A stretch of DNA of 64,000 nucleotides from Mobula hypostoma (Eukaryota): the NCBI RefSeq assembly GCF_963921235.1, contig NC_086107.1, positions 46,314,001 through 46,378,000 on the forward strand, written 5' to 3'. Every line of letters begins with the position of its first letter. The stretch's first letter is position 1. Below, piece by piece: positions 51,071 through 63,085 of the stretch. The position numbers were made by a program, and so were the translations under genes. The notes below the pieces were generated by a model, which made no database searches, was not told the origin of the DNA, and saw only the letters and a list, made by a program, of their open reading frames with translations.

Positions 51071-51919
51071 TGGCAATGACCTGGCACCTGCAGCGTTTGC
51101 AGGCAGCCATCATTGGATATTTACAAAAATCTTCTTTTGAACCAAAATGTGCAAAAACTAATCTAAAAGTTTTTTTAGAAATAAATTTCGCCAGTACTCC
51201 GACTTTTAGCATTTCCGCTAATTGCGTAAATTCAGCACATATTTAGTGCAACAAAAATGCAGGAAATCCAATTTCTGGACAGAAATTATAGTTTGGTGTT
51301 AAAACAAAGAAGTTTTAAGTTCAGATATGGACAGAATTTGATATATTAAAAGAGACCATTGATTATTAACTTGGCTCTATATCAAGAAATAAAATTCTCT
51401 ATATGGATATACATTTTAAGTAATTATAAAAGCAAGATGTGGAAAGACTTAAAATGTTAAAATATTTAAAATTTAAAATATCCTCCCGAACCAGGGTAGA
51501 TAATCTCACTCATGCCAACTCTGAGTTGATTCCACAACCAATGGACACTTTCAAGGACGATGTAACTCACGATCTCAGTATTATTTATTTACTTATTTTT
51601 TTATTTACACAGTGCATCTTTTGTGAACATTGGTTGTTTGTCAGTTTTTGATTGTGTATACCTACTGTTTTTCTTCATTCAACTCTGAATGTCTGCAAGA
51701 AAACAATTCTCCAGGTAGTATATGATGACATATAGAGTATGAACTTTTATAGTAAATTTACTTTGAACATTTTGTAGTTATTTGCAACAAATACAGAATA
51801 GCTCAATGGGGAAAAGTCTGAAAATTCAAAACCTGCACTCTGAATTAAGTGTTCATACATTTTATACATCGTACAGAAAGCTTAGATGCATATATATAAT
51901 TAAATATCTTTTAAACTAG

Positions 51920-52012
51920 CATCTGTAGATACCAGTAAGTGTGAATCAATGGAAAGAGGAGATGAAACCTACCAACCGCTTTTGACCAGTCAGGATCTCA
52001 AACTTCCATTAG
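51920..52012 (+). CDS. ncr3lg1-like: Cytoplasmic exon Z1 (ASVDTSKCESMERGDETYQPLLTSQDLKLPL)
   Basis: TAG acceptor, AG|GTAAGT donor, 93 nt, phase 1-1, open frame, YxxL motif. Confidence 0.7.
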
Positions 52013-53858
52013 GTAAGTGATTGACGTGTCTGATTATATTAAAGGTAAAATGTCCATTTTTAATGTTGCACTCTGAACACACAAAATTAAATAAATATGT
52101 TAAACACAGTTTAGACGTTCCCAAACTTGAGAAAAAAGCTCCTTCAATGTCAAGGTAGTAATATATTTTGTATGCACTTTCTATACGTTGTATAGAAATA
52201 CTGAACTAGGGAACATGATTCTCAAAACAATTAGAGACTGGAGTGAGCACCAGGGATTTCAGGTCAGCTTCTCTTTTGGTTGATGAATGTTTAATCTACC
52301 TCCCTTCAAATGTCATCTCAATTAAAGACTGAAGTTTAATATTTTAGCTGGTAGCTACACTACTTTAGATCAAAAACAAGAATGTGAAACAAAATCACTC
52401 ACATACTGAGTGATTTCAAAGTCATTTAAACAGGTTTTAGCTGAATACTCACTATCATCAACAAACTCTGTTTAAGCATCCAAATTTTCGAAGTTTACTT
52501 CAAAAATATTTTTAAAAGTCTGGCCATTCTGATATCCTCTGTTTATTAAATGCAAACATCAGTGTAAATAGTGAAGCCTTTGATTCACATTTGATGAATC
52601 TAGAACTGATTTTGCTGTTCACAAATCCTCTTGCCATCTATTCATTATAAATTGTTCATCCGAAGAATCTCAAACAGTATGGTATCAATGTACTAATGAT
52701 GGTTCAACACATTCTGATCAATTGCACATCATAAAAACAAATTTATGTCATTTTCTTCACAGCATATGTCTTGGCTCAAAATATTGACTTTTTTTTTACC
52801 TCCATTTATGCTCCCTGGTTTGCTGAGTTCCTCCAGCATTTTGTGTGTGTGCTGAAGATTTATAGCATCTGCAGAATTTTGTGTTGAAACAGGAATGGCA
52901 AGAACAATTAAAATGGTGGGCACTGGGAAATCCTGCTCATTGTGGCGGTCATAATGAAGGTGACGATAAAGTGGTCCTACAATCTATATCGGGTCTCACC
53001 AATACAGAGGAGGCCATACTGTGATTCTTATCACAGTGTGCCTGATGTCTACATTCATATCACAGACAAAGTTGAGTAACTCACACTGCGTCTCCTCGAT
53101 TGAAATATTAATATAGATGGTATATATAAATACCATCCCACTATTTCACATTTCTCTATTAAGCTTTGAATGAACCATTTATTGGTTTCTGGTTCTATTT
53201 TTTTTTAAACACAGATACAATACATTCAGCTAATATTATGTAAATTTAATACAAATTAAATAAATTTACCACAATGCTGGAAAGTAATCATTATGGTGAT
53301 GAAAAACCTTAACATTTTACGACTAAAATACAATTATCGACCCTTGCTTCCTGTTCACTGCACTTGGGTGGTGAAAAATTTGCACTGAACAGTTACCTAA
53401 TAGTATTTTATATCTAATAAATATATAATTTAATATCCAATTGCAAGCCTTTAGTCTGTTTTATGTGTGAAATGCACATTAATAGGTTTTGGATGTCATT
53501 TAAATTGTTTACACCTGTTTCAAGGGGATATCTCACCAGTCAGCAAATGGGATCAAACAGTTCAACATGTAAATAACCTCAGCTCAATTGTCATTTTTTG
53601 TGTGTAATTCTACACAATTTGACATCACCAAGGTGTTGACTGCTCATTCTTAACCTATAGTTGAAAATGTTGGAAATATCATGTATAACTTTATCTTTTC
53701 ATTTACAATAAAACAAAGAGCAAGCCCTGCGCTCATGTATAAACTACACATAGCATAATGTGTCCAAACTGAGAAAGAATATTTTACTCTCTGATCAGGC
53801 CTTTCTCATTTCCCATTGCTGGTGCTGAATGTGTTTCCTTCACTCTGATTCACTGTAG

Positions 53859-53878
53859 AGAGTGAAGAGTCTACTTGA
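53859..53878 (+). CDS. ncr3lg1-like: Candidate terminal exon Y2 (ESEEST*)
   Basis: Acceptor TCACTGTAG and phase 1; first Y copy after Z1; a 1-nt deletion relative to Y1/Y3 creates an early TGA. Confidence 0.5.
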
Positions 53879-54888
53879 AGTCTGGCTCACACTTCCCATG
53901 ATTCCTAGTGGCAAGGATCTGGCAGCTGCAGCGTCTGCAGGCAGCCATTGTTGGATATGTACATAGATATCCTTTGAACTGAAACGTGAGAAAACAACCT
54001 AACATTTTTTTAAGAGATGAAGTTCACCAGTACTCTGACTTTTCGATAAACTTGAATAACTCATACTGTGTTCCCTCCATTTATGATGGGGTATCTGTTG
54101 GTCAGGGTTGACCATGGATGTTACATACTAGATATCTGGATGTGCAAGCCTGGGCAGTACAATACGTAGAGAAAGCTGTTGTCCACGTAGCAAGCTCACC
54201 CTCTCCACACATCTGATGAACCCGAAGGAACTGCAGAGACTGATACAGTCTGGCACCAGCAACGTCGCAGGAGATGTCAGTCAGCATTGAACTCAATATA
54301 GGACTGCCTTAGGGACTCCAGCTCTGGTTTTGTCCCATGGGGTTTACTCCCAAAGCATTCCTGTGAGCGGATATACTGTAGTTGCAAGACAGCAGAGGTT
54401 TGAGATCAGAGTTTTCCTTCTCCTCGATGAGTTACCAAAGACAGCTGATGAGCCCTGGTGAAGTTATTAATATAGATAGTAAATATAACTAGCACACCAG
54501 TATTTCACAATTTTCTATTAAGGTTTCAAAAATCAATTAATTGTGTCGGGTTCTATGGTTTTTGTTAAACAAACTCATTGTACATTCAGCTAATATTGTG
54601 TATATTTAGTACAAAAGTTTGTGTAAATTAAATAATGTTAACATGATGTTGGAAAGCAATCATTAATGGTCATGAAAACATTTAACATCTTACTATTCAA
54701 ATACAACAATCAGCACTTGCTTCGTGTTCAAGGACTTGGGTGATAAAAACATTTCCACTGAAGAGTTTTCAAGTATTATTTTAGATCTAATAAAATACCA
54801 ATTAATACCTAATTGAAAACCTTTAGTGTGCTTTACGTGTGAAATGCACATAAGTAGTGTTTTAATGTCCTTAAAGTTGTTCAAATTT

Positions 54889-57505
54889 AACCATATAACA
54901 ATTACAGCACGGAAACAGGCCATCTCGGCCCTTCTAGTCCATGCCAAACTCTTACTCACACTAGTCCCACCAACCTGCACTCAGCCCATAACCCTCCATT
55001 CCTTTCCTGTTCATATATCTATCCAATTTAACTTTAAAGGACAACATCGAACCTGCCTCAACCACTTCTGCTGGAAGCTCGTTCCACTCAGGTACCACTC
55101 TCTGAGTAAAAAAGTTCCCCCTCATGTTACCCCTAAACTTTTGCCCTTTAACTCTCAACTCATGTCCTCTTGTTTGAATCTTTCCCACTCTCAATGGAAA
55201 AAGCCTATCCACACCAACTCTATCTATCCCCCTCATAATTTTAAATATCTCTATCAAGTTCCCCCTCAACCTTCTACACTCCGAAGAATACAGAACCAAC
55301 TTGTTCAACCTTACACTGTAACTTCAGAGGTGAAACCCAGGTCACATTCTAGTAAATCTTCTCTGCACTCTCTCGAGTTTGTTGACATCTTTCCTATAAT
55401 TCGGTGACCATAATTGTACACAATACTCCAAATTTGGCCTTACCAATGCTTTGTACAATTTCAACATTACATCCCAACTCCTATACTCAATGCTCTGATT
55501 TATAAAGGCCAGCATACCAAAAGCTTTCTTCACCACCCTATCCACATGAGATTCCACCTTCAGGGAACTATGCACCATTATTCCTAGATCCCTCTGTTCT
55601 ACTGCATTCTTCAATGCCCTACCATTTACCATGTATGTCCTATTTTGATTAGTCCTACCAAAATGTAGCACTTCACATTTATCAGCATTAAACTCCATCT
55701 GCCATCTTTCAGCACACTCTTCTAACTGGCCTAAATCTCTCTGCAAGCTTTGAAAACCCACTTCATTATCCACAACTCCACCTATCATACGCATATTTAC
55801 AAATCCAAATTACCATCCCATCATCCAGATCATTAATATTTATGACAAACAACATTGGACCCAGTAAGATCCCTGAGGCAACACCACTAGTCACCGGCCT
55901 CCAATCTGACAAACAGTTATCCACCACTACTCTCTGGCATCTCCCATCCAGCCACCGCTGAATCCATTTTACTACTTCAATATTAATACCTAATGATTGA
56001 ACCTTCCTAACTAACTTTCCATGTGGAACCTTGTCAAAGGCCATATTGAAGTCCATATAGACAACATCCACTGCTTTATCCACGTCAACTTTCCTAGTAA
56101 CCTCTTCAAAAAATTCAATAAGATCTGTCAGACATGACTTTCCACGCACAAATCCATGTTGACTGTTCCTATTCAGATCCTGTCTATCCAGATAATTATA
56201 TTTACTATCTCTAAGAATACTTTCCATCAATTTACCCACCACTGACGTCAAACTCACAGGCTGATAATTGCTAGGTTTTATCTTAGAACCCTTTTTAAAC
56301 AATGGAACAACATGAGTAATATGCCAATCTTCCGGCACCATCCCCGTTTCTAATGACATTTGAAATATTTCTGTCAGAGCCCCTGCTATTTCTACACTAA
56401 CTTCCCTCAAGGTCCTAGAGAATATCCTGTCAGGACCCGGAGACTTATCCACTTTTATATTCCTTAAAAGCGCCAGTACTTCCTCTTCTTTAATCATCAT
56501 AGTTTCCATAACTACCCTACTTGTTTCCCTTACCTTACACAATTCAATATCTTTCTCCTTAGTGAATAGTGAAGAAAAGAAATTGTTCAAAATCTCCCCC
56601 ATCTCTTTTGGCTCCACACATAGCCGTCCACTCTGATTCTCTAAGGGACCAATTTTATCCCTCACTATCCTTTTGCTATTAATATAACTGTAGAAACCCT
56701 TTGGATTTATTTTCACCTTACTTGCCAAAGCAGCATAGAACATAGAAAAGCTACAGCACAATACAGGCCCTTCGGCCCACAAAGCTGTGCCGAACATGTC
56801 CTTACATTAGAAATTACCTAGGGTCACCCATAGCCCTCTATTTTTCTGAGCTCCATGTACCTGGCCAGGAGTCTCTTAAAAGATCCTATTGTATCCGCCT
56901 CCATCACTGTTGCCAGCAACCCATTCCACGCTCACACCATTCATATCTTCTTTTAGCTTTTCTAATTTCTTTCTTAAGATTCTTTTTACATTCTTTATAT
57001 TCCTCGAGCATCTCATTTACTCCATGCTGCCTATATTTATTGTAGATCTCCCTCTTTTTCCGAACCAAGTTTCCAATATCCCTTCAAAACTATGGCTCTC
57101 TCAAACTTTTAACATTTCCTTTCAACCTAACAGGAACATAAAGATTCTGTACCCTCAAAACTTAAATGACCTCCATTTCTCTATTACATCCTTCCCATAA
57201 AACAAATTGTCCCAATCCACTCCTTCTAAATCCTTTCGCATCTCCTCAAAGTTAGCCTTTCTCCAATCAAAAATCTCAACCCTGGGTCCAGTCCTATCCT
57301 TCTCCATAATTATATTGAAACCAATAACATTGTGATCACTGGACCCGAAGTACTCCCCAACACATACCTCCATCACCTGACCTATCTCATTCCCTAACAA
57401 GAGAACCAACACTGCCCCTTCTCTAGTTGGTACCTCTATGTATTGCTGCAAAATCTATCTTGCACACATTTTACAAACTCCAAACCATCCAGCCCTTTTA
57501 CAGTA
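54889..57505 (-). mobile_element. CR1 LINE (endonuclease-RT-3' end) with a nested CR1-tail fragment at about 56727-56890
   Basis: ORFs 57155-57451, 55766-56797 (QHGFVRGKSCLT, YMDFNMAFDKVPH) and 55342-55794; interrupts a duplicated intron segment that resumes at about 57506. Confidence 0.92.
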
Positions 57506-57837
57506 TGGTGATGTCTCACTAGTCATGAAATGGGATCAAATAATTCACGATGCAAATAACTTCAGCTCAATTGTCATTTTCTGTGTGTAATTCGACACAA
57601 TTTGACATCACTATGGTGTTGACAGTTCATTTTTAATTGATAAATGTTGCAAATATGTACTATATAACATATTTTTTTCATTTACAATAAAACAAACAGC
57701 AAGCCCTGCACTCAAGTGTAAACCAGACATAACATGATATGTCCTAACTGGGAAAGAATATTTTACTCTCCGATCAGGCCTGCCTCATTTCCCATTGCTG
57801 ATGTTGAAGATGTTTCCTTCACTCTGATTCACTGCAG

Positions 57838-57887
57838 AGATTGAAGAGTCTACTTTGAAGCTGAGTCACGTTTCCCATGATCCCTAG
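57838..57887 (+). CDS. ncr3lg1-like: Candidate terminal exon Y3 (EIEESTLKLSHVSHDP*)
   Basis: Intact acceptor, phase 1, TAG stop, AATAAA at 57996-58001. Confidence 0.45.
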
Positions 57888-58407
57888 TGGCAATGACCTG
57901 GCACCTGCAGCGTTTGCAGGCAGCCATCATCGGATATTTACATAAATCTCCTCTTGAACCAAAATGTGCAAAAACTTATCTAGATGTTTTTTAGAAATAA
58001 ATGTTGCCAGTACTCTGACTTTTAGCATTTCCGCTAACTGGGTAAATGCAGCACGTATTTGGCGTAACAAAAATGCAGGAAATATAAGTTCGACAGAAAT
58101 TATAGTTTGATATTAAAACAAAGAAGTTTTGTTCAGATATGGACAGAATTTGATATATTAAAAGAGAGCATTTAGTATTAACTTGGCTCTATATCAAGAA
58201 ATAAAATTCTCTATGTTGATATACATTTTAAGTAATTATTAAAGCAAAATGTGGAAAGACTAAAAATGTTAAAATATTTAAAATTTTAAATATCATCCTG
58301 AACCAGGGTAGATAATCTCACTCATGCCAACTCTGAGTTGATTCCACAACCGAAGGACACTTTCAAGGACTATGTAACTCACGATCTCAGTATTATTTAT
58401 TAACTTA

Positions 58408-59241
58408 GGTGACGGGGTCCTGAAATACCCCAATGAATTGTGCATCCAAAAGAGAGACAGAGAGAGTTGTGGAACACAAGACACCTTGTTAAAAAGAGAG
58501 AGAAAAAGAGAGAGAGAGAGAGAGAGAGAGGCGAAGACTGCTCACAGTTTGTTTATACCTTCTACAAGGACAGGACACTGGCAGTTTCCAAGTTCTTACA
58601 GAGAGAGAAGGGAGGAGCTTGTTGATGGACAGCTAGAATTCAGCACGGTGAGATAAATAGAAGGTCAGCTGTTACACCTACAGACACATGGTTTTGGACA
58701 CTGAATGAGCTTTGTTGTGCCAACAGAAAAAGTGGGTTTTGGAGGATCGATCAGGCGGATTGATCAGTGGCTCTCACAGTGTGAAAAGGGAGTGACTGGT
58801 GGGGAGTTATTTGTGTGACCAACCTTTGCCTGGGTTGATAATTCCACCACAGAAGAACGGTCCCCTCTGTTGTAGTCACAGTCGGTGACTTCTAAAGGAT
58901 TTTGGAGGACAACGGGAAGATCAGTGGCGTCAGCTCACCTGAAGACTCAAATCACTCCCTCTCTCCCTCTCTCAATCACTACTCAACTCAATACCACGAA
59001 CTGAACTGAACTTTACCCATCATTGTAAGACTATCAATTTACCCCTAGACTTGAAGAAGCTTTAGTTTCATAGATTTCCACACTTATATACATATATTCA
59101 TTGAAAACCCGTTTGACTTATCTGCATTTATATTACTGTATTGTGTAGTTACTAATAAATACCATTAGTTAATAGCAATACTGGACTCCAAAGTGTTTTC
59201 CATTTCTGCTGGTTCTTTAACCTGTCACGGGGTACGTGACA
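58408..59241 (+). mobile_element. Solo LTR with 4-bp TSD (Gypsy-like)
   Basis: (G)GTGACGGGG...GTACGTGACA flanked by CTTA at 58404-58407 and 59242-59245; the empty site is seen near 51590. Confidence 0.85.
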
Positions 59242-59513
59242 CTTATATTTTTTTTACACAGTGCTTCTTTTTTGCACATTGGTTGTTTGTCAGTTTTTGA
59301 TTGTGTATACCTACTGTTTTTCTTCATTCTACTACGAATTTTAGAGTAAATTTACTTTAAACATTTTGTAGTTGTTTGCAACAAATACAGAATAGCTCAA
59401 TGGGGAAAAGTGTGAAAATTCAAAACTTGCACTCTGAATTAAGTGTTCATACATTTTATATATTGTGTAGAAAGGTTAGATTCATATGTATAATTAAATA
59501 TATTTTAAACTCG

Positions 59514-59606
59514 CATCTGTAGATACCAGTCAGTGTGAATCAATAGAAAGAGGAGATCAAATCTGCCAACCGCTCTTGACCAGTCAGGATCTCAAACTTC
59601 CAACAG
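59514..59606 (+). pseudogene. Cytoplasmic exon copy Z2 (acceptor TAG to TCG, Tyr to Cys)
   Basis: 93-nt paralogue of Z1 with open frame and intact donor, but mutated acceptor. Confidence 0.7.
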
Positions 59607-60356
59607 GTAAGTGATTGACATGTCTGATTATGTTAAAGGAAAAAAATCCATTTTTAATATTGCACTCTAAACACACAAAATTATATAAATATGTTAAACA
59701 CAGATTCGACATTCCCAAACTTGAGAAAAATCTCCTCTAATGTCAAGGTGGTAATATATTTTGTATGCACTTTCTATACGTTGTATAGAAATACTGAACT
59801 GGGGAACATGATTCTCAAAACAATTAGAGACTGGGGTGAGCACCAGGGATTTCAGGTCAGTTTCTCTTTTGGTTGATGAATGTTTAATCCACCTCCCTTC
59901 AAATGTCATCTCAATTAAAGACTGAAGTTTAATATTTCAGCTGGTAGCTACACTACTTGAGATCAACAACAAGAATGTGAAACAAAGTCACTCGCATACC
60001 GAGTGATTTCATAGTCATTTAAACATGTTTTAGCTGAACACTCACAATCATCAACAAACTCCGTTTAGGGATCCAAATTTTCCAAGTTTACATCAAAAAT
60101 CTTTTTAAAATTCTGGCCATTCTGATATCCTCTGTTTATTAAATGGAAACATCAGTGTAAATAGTGAAGCCTTTGATTCACATTTGATGAATTGACAATT
60201 TTACAATAAGACAAAGAGCAAGCCCTGTACTCAGGTATAAACTTCACACAGCATGATGTGTCCGAACTGAGAAAGAATATTTTGCTCTCTAATTAGGCCT
60301 GTCTCGTTTCCCATTGCTGGTGGTGAAGGTGTTTCCTTCACTCTGATTCACTGCAG

Positions 60357-60376
60357 AGAATGAAGAGTCTACTTAA
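60357..60376 (+). CDS. Candidate terminal exon Y4 (ENEEST*)
   Basis: Intact acceptor TCACTGCAG, phase 1, TAA stop. Confidence 0.35.
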
Positions 60377-60788
60377 AGGCTGGGTCACACTTCCCGTGAT
60401 CTCTAGTTGCAGCATCTGCAGGCAGTCATCATTAGATATTTACCTAAATCTCCCTTTGAACCAAAATGTGAAAAAACTAACCTGACAATTTTTTTGGAGT
60501 TAAATTTCACCAGTGCCCTGATTTTTTAGCATTTCCACTAATTGCATAAAGTTAGCACATAGTTTCTGTACCATAAATAGCAGAAGTCTAATTTCTGGAG
60601 AGAAATTATAGTTTGGTGTTAAAGTAAAATATGTCTTAACTTCAGGTATGGGCAGAATTTCATATATTAAAAGAGAGCATTTAAAAAGAACTTGAACTTG
60701 ACTGTGTATCAGGAAAAAAATAATCTCTCTGTGTGGACATGTTAAGTAATTTTCAAAGCATGTGAAGGCTTAAAATTTTAAAAACACT

Positions 60789-61686
60789 TGTTATGTACCC
60801 CTGGGTTCCTTTTTGCTGGGAACTGTCACTTTAAGGCACAAAAAAGAACTGAGACTAACTTTTGAATTTCTGCTCAGAGAGAGAGGGGCAAGAGTCTGCC
60901 TTTTAGCTCACGTTTACTCTTTTACAAGGACACTGACTACTGTTGTCAGCTTTTTGGTTGCCATGGAAAAAGAGAAAGTTTTTCAACACAGACAACTTGT
61001 TAAAAAGAGAGAGAAAGAAAGAGAGAGCGAGGTGAAGACTGCTCATAGTTTGTTTATACTTTCTGCAAGGACACTGGCAGCTTCCAAGTTCTTACAGAGA
61101 GAGAAGGGAGGAGCTGCTTGATGGACAGCTAGTATTCAGCACGGTGAGATAAACAGAAGTCAGGTGTTAGACCTACAGACACATGGTTTTGGACACTGAA
61201 TGAGCTTTGTTGTGCCCACAGCAAGGTGGGTTTTGGAGGATCGATCAGCCGGATCAATCAGTGGCTTTCACAGTGTGAAAAGGGGTGACCGGTGGGGAGT
61301 TATTCGTGTTGCAACCCTCGCCTGGGTTGACAATTTCACCACAGAAGAATGGTCCCCTTTGTTGAGGTCACAGTTGGTGACTTCTAAAGGATTTCGGAGG
61401 ACAACGGGAAGATCGACAGCTTCAGCTCACCTGAAGTCTCAAATCTCTCCCTCTCTCTCACTCTCAATCACTATTCAACTCAATACCACGAACTGAACCG
61501 AACTTCACTCATCATCGTAAGAATATCTATTTACCCCTAGACTTGAAGAAGCTTGGGTTTTCGTATATTTCCACACTTACTTATGCATAATCATTGCTAA
61601 CCTGTTTGATATATCTGCATTTATATTACTGTATTGCATAGTTACTAATAAATACCATTAGTTAATAGCAATATTGGACTCCAAAG
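60789..61686 (+). mobile_element. LTR of the same family as 58408-59241, 3'-truncated by a Penelope-like insertion
   Basis: Starts TGTTATGTACCCC; 61000-61686 is highly similar to 58490-59190. Confidence 0.8.
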
Positions 61687-62710
61687 TAACACTCACAACA
61701 CGCTGGAGGAACTCAGCAGGTCAGGCAGCATCTGTGGAAACGATCAGTCAACGTTTCGGGCCGGAACCCTTTGTCAGGACTGAAGAGGGAAGGGGAAGAG
61801 GCCCTATAAAGAAGGTGGGGGGAGGGTGGGAAGGAGAAGGCTTGTAGGTTCCAGGTGAAAAACCAGCAAGGGGAAAGATAAACAGGTGGGGGAGGGGAAG
61901 CAGGGAGGTGATAGGCAGGAAAGGTGAAGAAGGGATAGGGGAAAACAATGGGTAGCAGAAGGAGACAGAACCATGAGGGAGGTGATAGGCAGTTGGGGGA
62001 GGGGGTAGAGTGAAATAGGGATAGGGGAAGGGAGGGGGAGGGAATTACCCAACGTTGGAGAATTCTATGTTCATACCAAGGGGCTGGAGACTACCTAGAC
62101 AGTATATGATGTGTTGCTCCTCCAACCTGAGTTTAGCCATCCCGAATGGGAATGGGAAGTGAAATTGAAGTGGGTGGCAACAGGAAGATCCTGTTTGTTG
62201 TGGCGGACGGAGCGGAGGTGCTCGACGAAGCGGTCCCCCAATCTGCATCGGGTTTCACCGATGTAGAGGAGCCCGCACCGGGAGCACCGGTTGCAATAGA
62301 TGACCCCAACAGACTCACAAGTGAAGTGTTGCCTCACCTGAAAGGACTGTTTGGGTCCCTGAATGGTGGTAAGAGAGGAGGTGTAGGGACAGGTGTAACA
62401 CTTACGCTTACAGGGATAAGTGTTGGGTGGGAGATCCGGGGGGAGGGAAGTGTCGATCAGGGAGTCACGGAGGGACCGATTCGTGGTTTCCTTTTTGCCG
62501 TCATCAACGATGCCCTCACCCCATCCTCCCGCCACCACAACAGGGACAGAGTTCCCCTTGTCCTCACCTACCACCCCACCAGCCTCTGGATCCAGCACAT
62601 TATCCTCCGCAATTTCCACCACCTTCAACAGGACCCCACCACTAAGCACATCTTTCCCTCGCCATCCCTCTCGCTTTCCGTAGGGTTTGGTCCCTCTGTG
62701 ACTCCCTGAT
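61686..62710 (-). mobile_element. Penelope-like element 3' region (GIY-YIG) with an inverted 5' segment
   Basis: FQVRQHFTCESVGVIYCNRCSRCGLLYIGETRCRLGDRFVEHLRSV on the - strand; 62475-62710 is in the opposite orientation. Confidence 0.9.
61745..61782 (-). ncRNA. Minimal type I hammerhead ribozyme remnant in a Penelope-like terminal region
   Basis: The - strand reads CAGTC CTGACAA A GGG TTCCGG CCC GAAA CG TT GACTG: stems I and II pair, stem III is palindromic ACGT, and there is one core change (G8A). Confidence 0.7.
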
Positions 62711-63004
62711 CCTACTCTGAATATTTGCAAGAAACTGAATCTCAAGGTTGTATATGATGACATATATAGCATGTACTTTGATTACGAATTTACATTGAAA
62801 ATTTTATATTTATTGGCACCAGTGACATATACGTTATATGGTTACGGAGGAACTCAATGGGGAAAACGTGCAAATTCATAAATTGAACTCTGAATTAAAC
62901 GTTCATACAGTCATATTTTACATATATTGTGTAGAAAGCTTAAATTCATATATATAAAATTACTTAATATGTATTATTGTGTAATTATATAACTTTTAAG
63001 CTGG

Positions 63005-63085
63005 CACCTATAGATACCAGTTAGTGCGAACCAATGAAAAGAGGAGCTCAAACCTGCCAACCACTTACTCACAGACTACATGTCA
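63005..63085 (+). pseudogene. Cytoplasmic exon copy Z3 (no acceptor, in-frame TAG, donor region deleted)
   Basis: Paralogue of Z1, with flanks homologous over about 62740-63760. Confidence 0.7.

Noticed and set aside
51975-51985. ITIM, ITSM or ITAM call for ETYQPL
   Set aside because: Position -2 is Glu, not I/V/L/S or T, and there is no second YxxL, so only a generic YxxL/YxxPhi is supported.
55766-56797. Longest ORF (343 aa) as a host gene
   Set aside because: It is CR1 reverse transcriptase, and its apparent N-terminus comes from a nested CR1-tail fragment.
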